DNA of 64,000 bases from an uncultured delta proteobacterium (GTDB lineage Bacteria; Desulfobacterota; Desulfobacteria; Desulfobacterales; JAFDCJ01). Below are positions 61,569 to 64,000 of the stretch, in pieces (position 1 is the first letter of the stretch; every line of letters starts with the position of its first letter). The DNA lies in assembly GCA_963769935.1 (NCBI GenBank), contig CAVYNY010000001.1, forward strand, positions 64,001 through 128,000, read 5' to 3'. The notes beneath the pieces are model-generated. The model was given only the letters and a program-made list of their open reading frames with translations, was not told where the DNA came from and did not search any database. The translations under genes and the position numbers were made by a program.

Positions 61569-62066
61569 TTAAGGTCGGGGAGGATAATAGCTGAGAATAT
61601 CCTGGACGGCGGTGGTGATGACGTTTTCTTTTTGTGCCGGACTCAATTCATGAAACAAATCGGCTCTTGTCTCCGCCCACCATATCTCCTGGTGGGATTG
61701 GGCATCATACATAGCCAGTTTTAGTCGGCCGACGTTATAAACCTCATAGTCCATCATTACGCTCATATCCACGGCAGTATAGTTGCCACCGTACATGACG
61801 ATATACACATCCGGATTTTTGACATCGACTTTTAAACCTCTGGCTTCCAGGTTTTTGTTGACGGCATCTTTTATCCGTATTTGATTGAATTCATCGATAC
61901 GCAGCGTTGCCGGCAGCTTAACCCAGTTATACGAATTAACCCGGCTGAAGTCGACATTTACGTCATAGTCATAGGCGACTTGATGATAGACGGTTTTCTC
62001 CGGAGCGGCGCAGCCGACGGTTAAAACGACAAAGCAGACGACAATGCAGGCATTTAAAAATTTCAT
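61569..62066 (-). CDS. Lipoprotein, DUF4136-like
   Basis: Lipobox LTVGC, YDYD..VDFS...SYNW, LEARGL, GRLKLAMYD...IWW, YYPP. Confidence 0.72.
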   Translation of the reverse strand: MKFLNACIVVCFVVLTVGCAAPEKTVYHQVAYDYDVNVDFSRVNSYNWVKLPATLRIDEFNQIRIKDAVNKNLEARGLKVDVKNPDVYIVMYGGNYTAVDMSVMMDYEVYNVGRLKLAMYDAQSHQEIWWAETRADLFHELSPAQKENVITTAVQDILSYYPPRP

Positions 62067-62123
62067 GTAATACCCTTCTGGAAAATATTTTTGAGTTGCA
62101 AGTTATTCCAAGGTGTTACCTAT

Positions 62124-62153
62124 ATTATGCCTGTAAAACACGGCAGATGTCAA
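62124..62153 (-). promoter_or_regulatory. sigma70-like promoter for the lipoprotein gene
   Basis: Minus strand: TTGACA, 18 bp, CATAAT. Confidence 0.55.
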
Positions 62154-62168
62154 ATCATTTTCCGGTTT

Positions 62169-63335
62169 TTAATGTCGATACCGCTCCGGCAGCACCGCGG
62201 CCCTATCCCAATCCTTAGGCCAGTTCTGGCCGGGGGCCTCGCCTAATTTCCCTTTTAGCTTTTCCAGACCCGGTCTGGCAAATTCGGGATGGCCTTCTTT
62301 GAGGGTTCGACCGTTAATCGCGGCTTCGCTGCGCAATCTTTTTCCCGCGGTTCGTTCCATCTGACGTCCCAGCCACAGCACCCGATCAACATCATAACCG
62401 TGCTCGATGCCCATTTCATCGATCTGAACCAGCAGGTCTTCCAGGCAAATCAGACCGACAAATCTCGGATCGTCATAGTAATATTCACCGGTTCCCGGCA
62501 CCGGGCAATCGTCCAGGAAGTTGGCCGGCTGGCCGCCCATTCCGCCGAGGGTCGCCTCGAAATGCGTGATGCCGGCCTGCAGTGCCGCCAGAACCGAGGC
62601 CGAAGCCACTCGTTTGGTTTCGTGAAAATGGGCGATATGCAGGGAAGTAACCGGTATTTCATCCAATATCATCGAGAAATATCGGTATACATCCGGCGCC
62701 GAAGCACTGCCGTCGTGGTCCGCGTGCTCAATGTCGGAGGCGCCGATCTCCAGCCAGCGTTTGGTGAACTCAACGGCATCCTTTAATTCCGTGGCGCCGG
62801 CAATCGGACTGCCCCATATGGTGCTCACCGTGCCGCACATCTTAATGCCGGCATCCGTGCATTTTTTAATGCAGCGTTCGGCTTCCGCCCAGTATACGGG
62901 TAAAGAAGTGCCGGAATTGGCGAAATGGTGCTCTTCTTCGGTGGATACCATCATCAGGCAGCGGTCGGGACCGATGCCCTTTTCCCTGAGTTGGATCGCC
63001 CGATCGACGGATTTTTCACGAATCGTCACTGCCGTAACGCAGATGTCATCATAGTTGATCCCCCTTTTGGCGCAGCGTTTTTTGAAACCATCACTGCGCA
63101 GACTCGCCAACACCTCTTCGGCATCGCTGAATTGCGGCATTAAATAGGGGTTCCCGAGGTTGGTGACCTCGATGTGGCGGCAACCTGCAAAAATCAGCTC
63201 TTCCGCATAGAAAATTTTGGCCCGGGTGGAGATGGACTTCTCAAGATGCTGAAATCCATCGCGGACGGTGATATCACCGATGGTTGCTTTTTTAGGCATG
63301 CGCGGAAATATTTTCCAGTAATCGTATTCAGACAT
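62169..63335 (-). CDS. HMG-CoA-lyase-like DRE-TIM metallolyase
   Basis: DITVRDGFQ, IEVT, HFHET (HxH), AALQAG, EATLGGMGG, EDL; AAAGGAGG RBS; follows an enoyl-CoA hydratase. Confidence 0.78.
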   Translation of the reverse strand: MSEYDYWKIFPRMPKKATIGDITVRDGFQHLEKSISTRAKIFYAEELIFAGCRHIEVTNLGNPYLMPQFSDAEEVLASLRSDGFKKRCAKRGINYDDICVTAVTIREKSVDRAIQLREKGIGPDRCLMMVSTEEEHHFANSGTSLPVYWAEAERCIKKCTDAGIKMCGTVSTIWGSPIAGATELKDAVEFTKRWLEIGASDIEHADHDGSASAPDVYRYFSMILDEIPVTSLHIAHFHETKRVASASVLAALQAGITHFEATLGGMGGQPANFLDDCPVPGTGEYYYDDPRFVGLICLEDLLVQIDEMGIEHGYDVDRVLWLGRQMERTAGKRLRSEAAINGRTLKEGHPEFARPGLEKLKGKLGEAPGQNWPKDWDRAAVLPERYRH

Positions 63336-63371
63336 GATACCAAAAGCCTCCTTTCAGATATAATTGTTTTC

Positions 63372-63448
63372 CGGTTGGCCGGTTGGCCCGTTTGCCGGTT
63401 CGCTTCAACTCTACCAGGCCAACGGGTCAACGGGCCAACGGCCAACCG
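63372..63448. repeat. Inverted-repeat element of 8-nt units
   Basis: CGGTTGGCCGGTTGGCCCGTT ... AACGGGCCAACGGCCAACCG. Confidence 0.7.
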
Positions 63449-63450
63449 AA

Positions 63451-64000
63451 TTATTTGCCTTTATACACCGGTTTCCTTTTTTCTTTGAAGGCAGCCAGGC
63501 CCTCTTCGCGGTCCTTGGTCGGTATGCAAACCCAGTAGGCATTCGACTCGATGGCCAGTCCCGTCTGAATGTCGGTTTCCAGGCCATAATTAATGGCATA
63601 TTTCGCCTGTTCAATTGCAATCGGACCTGTTTCGCAGATCATTGCAGCCATATTTTTGCATTCATCCAGCAATGCAGTTTGTTCACAGACATTGTTGACC
63701 AAACCGATGCTCAGGGCCTCCGCCGCATCAATGCGCCGGCCGGTAAAAATAAGCTCTTTGGCTTTGCCTTTGCCCACCAGGCGCGGCAACCGCTGGGTAC
63801 CGCCCGCGCCCGGAATGATTGCCAGACGGGTTTCGGTCAGTCCCATGGTGGCGTTTGAAGAGGCTAGCCTGATATCACAGGCCAGTGCCAGCTCTGTGCC
63901 GCCGCCCAGGGCGATCCCGTTGACTGCCGCAATAACGGCTTTGTTTAATTGTTCGATGGTTGTGAACAGATTGCGAATTGTAAAAATATACTCTTTGACC
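63451..64000 (-). CDS. Enoyl-CoA hydratase/crotonase (partial; 5' end lies outside the window)
   Basis: IAAVNGIALGGGTELALACDIR, GLTETRLAIIPGAGGTQRLPRLVG, DREEGLAAFKEKRKP. Confidence 0.92.
   Translation of the reverse strand, partial: VKEYIFTIRNLFTTIEQLNKAVIAAVNGIALGGGTELALACDIRLASSNATMGLTETRLAIIPGAGGTQRLPRLVGKGKAKELIFTGRRIDAAEALSIGLVNNVCEQTALLDECKNMAAMICETGPIAIEQAKYAINYGLETDIQTGLAIESNAYWVCIPTKDREEGLAAFKEKRKPVYKGK

Noticed and set aside
3340..63448. CRISPR array
   Set aside because: The repeats are 7-8-nt units or inverted arms, not 23-47-nt direct repeats with unique spacers, and no cas genes are present.

Overview
Gene-dense core chromosome segment of an anaerobic deltaproteobacterium. The gene content suggests a Desulfobacterales-like sulfate reducer (inference). 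It holds about 40 genes. C1/glycine metabolism: ltaE, an NAD-linked NuoE/NuoF/FdhF formate dehydrogenase, glyA, a split purH and fhs. Envelope and signalling: ExeA/ExeB, a CHASE2 Ser/Thr kinase, two FHA proteins, a FIST-PP2C phosphatase, HD-GYP and HDOD proteins. Other genes: an IscU/IscS pair, lipid genes, an ABC exporter pair, an RNB-family RNase, a B12 radical SAM and the end of an enoyl-CoA hydratase/HMG-CoA-lyase-like operon. I recognised no tRNA, rRNA, CRISPR array, transposase or phage gene. The best leads are: (1) a candidate ether-lipid module, a fused PgsA-like/PssA-like double CDP-alcohol phosphotransferase directly upstream of a 1460-aa PlsA/Ger-type reductase; (2) an IscS that lacks the PLP Schiff-base lysine but keeps the catalytic Cys, paired with a zinc-ribbon-extended IscU; (3) about ten intergenic inverted-repeat elements built of 7-8-nt units; (4) a perfect sigma70 promoter followed by a terminator-like hairpin before the kinase gene. 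Several single-base frameshifts may be sequencing errors. All family calls come from motif recognition, not database searches.
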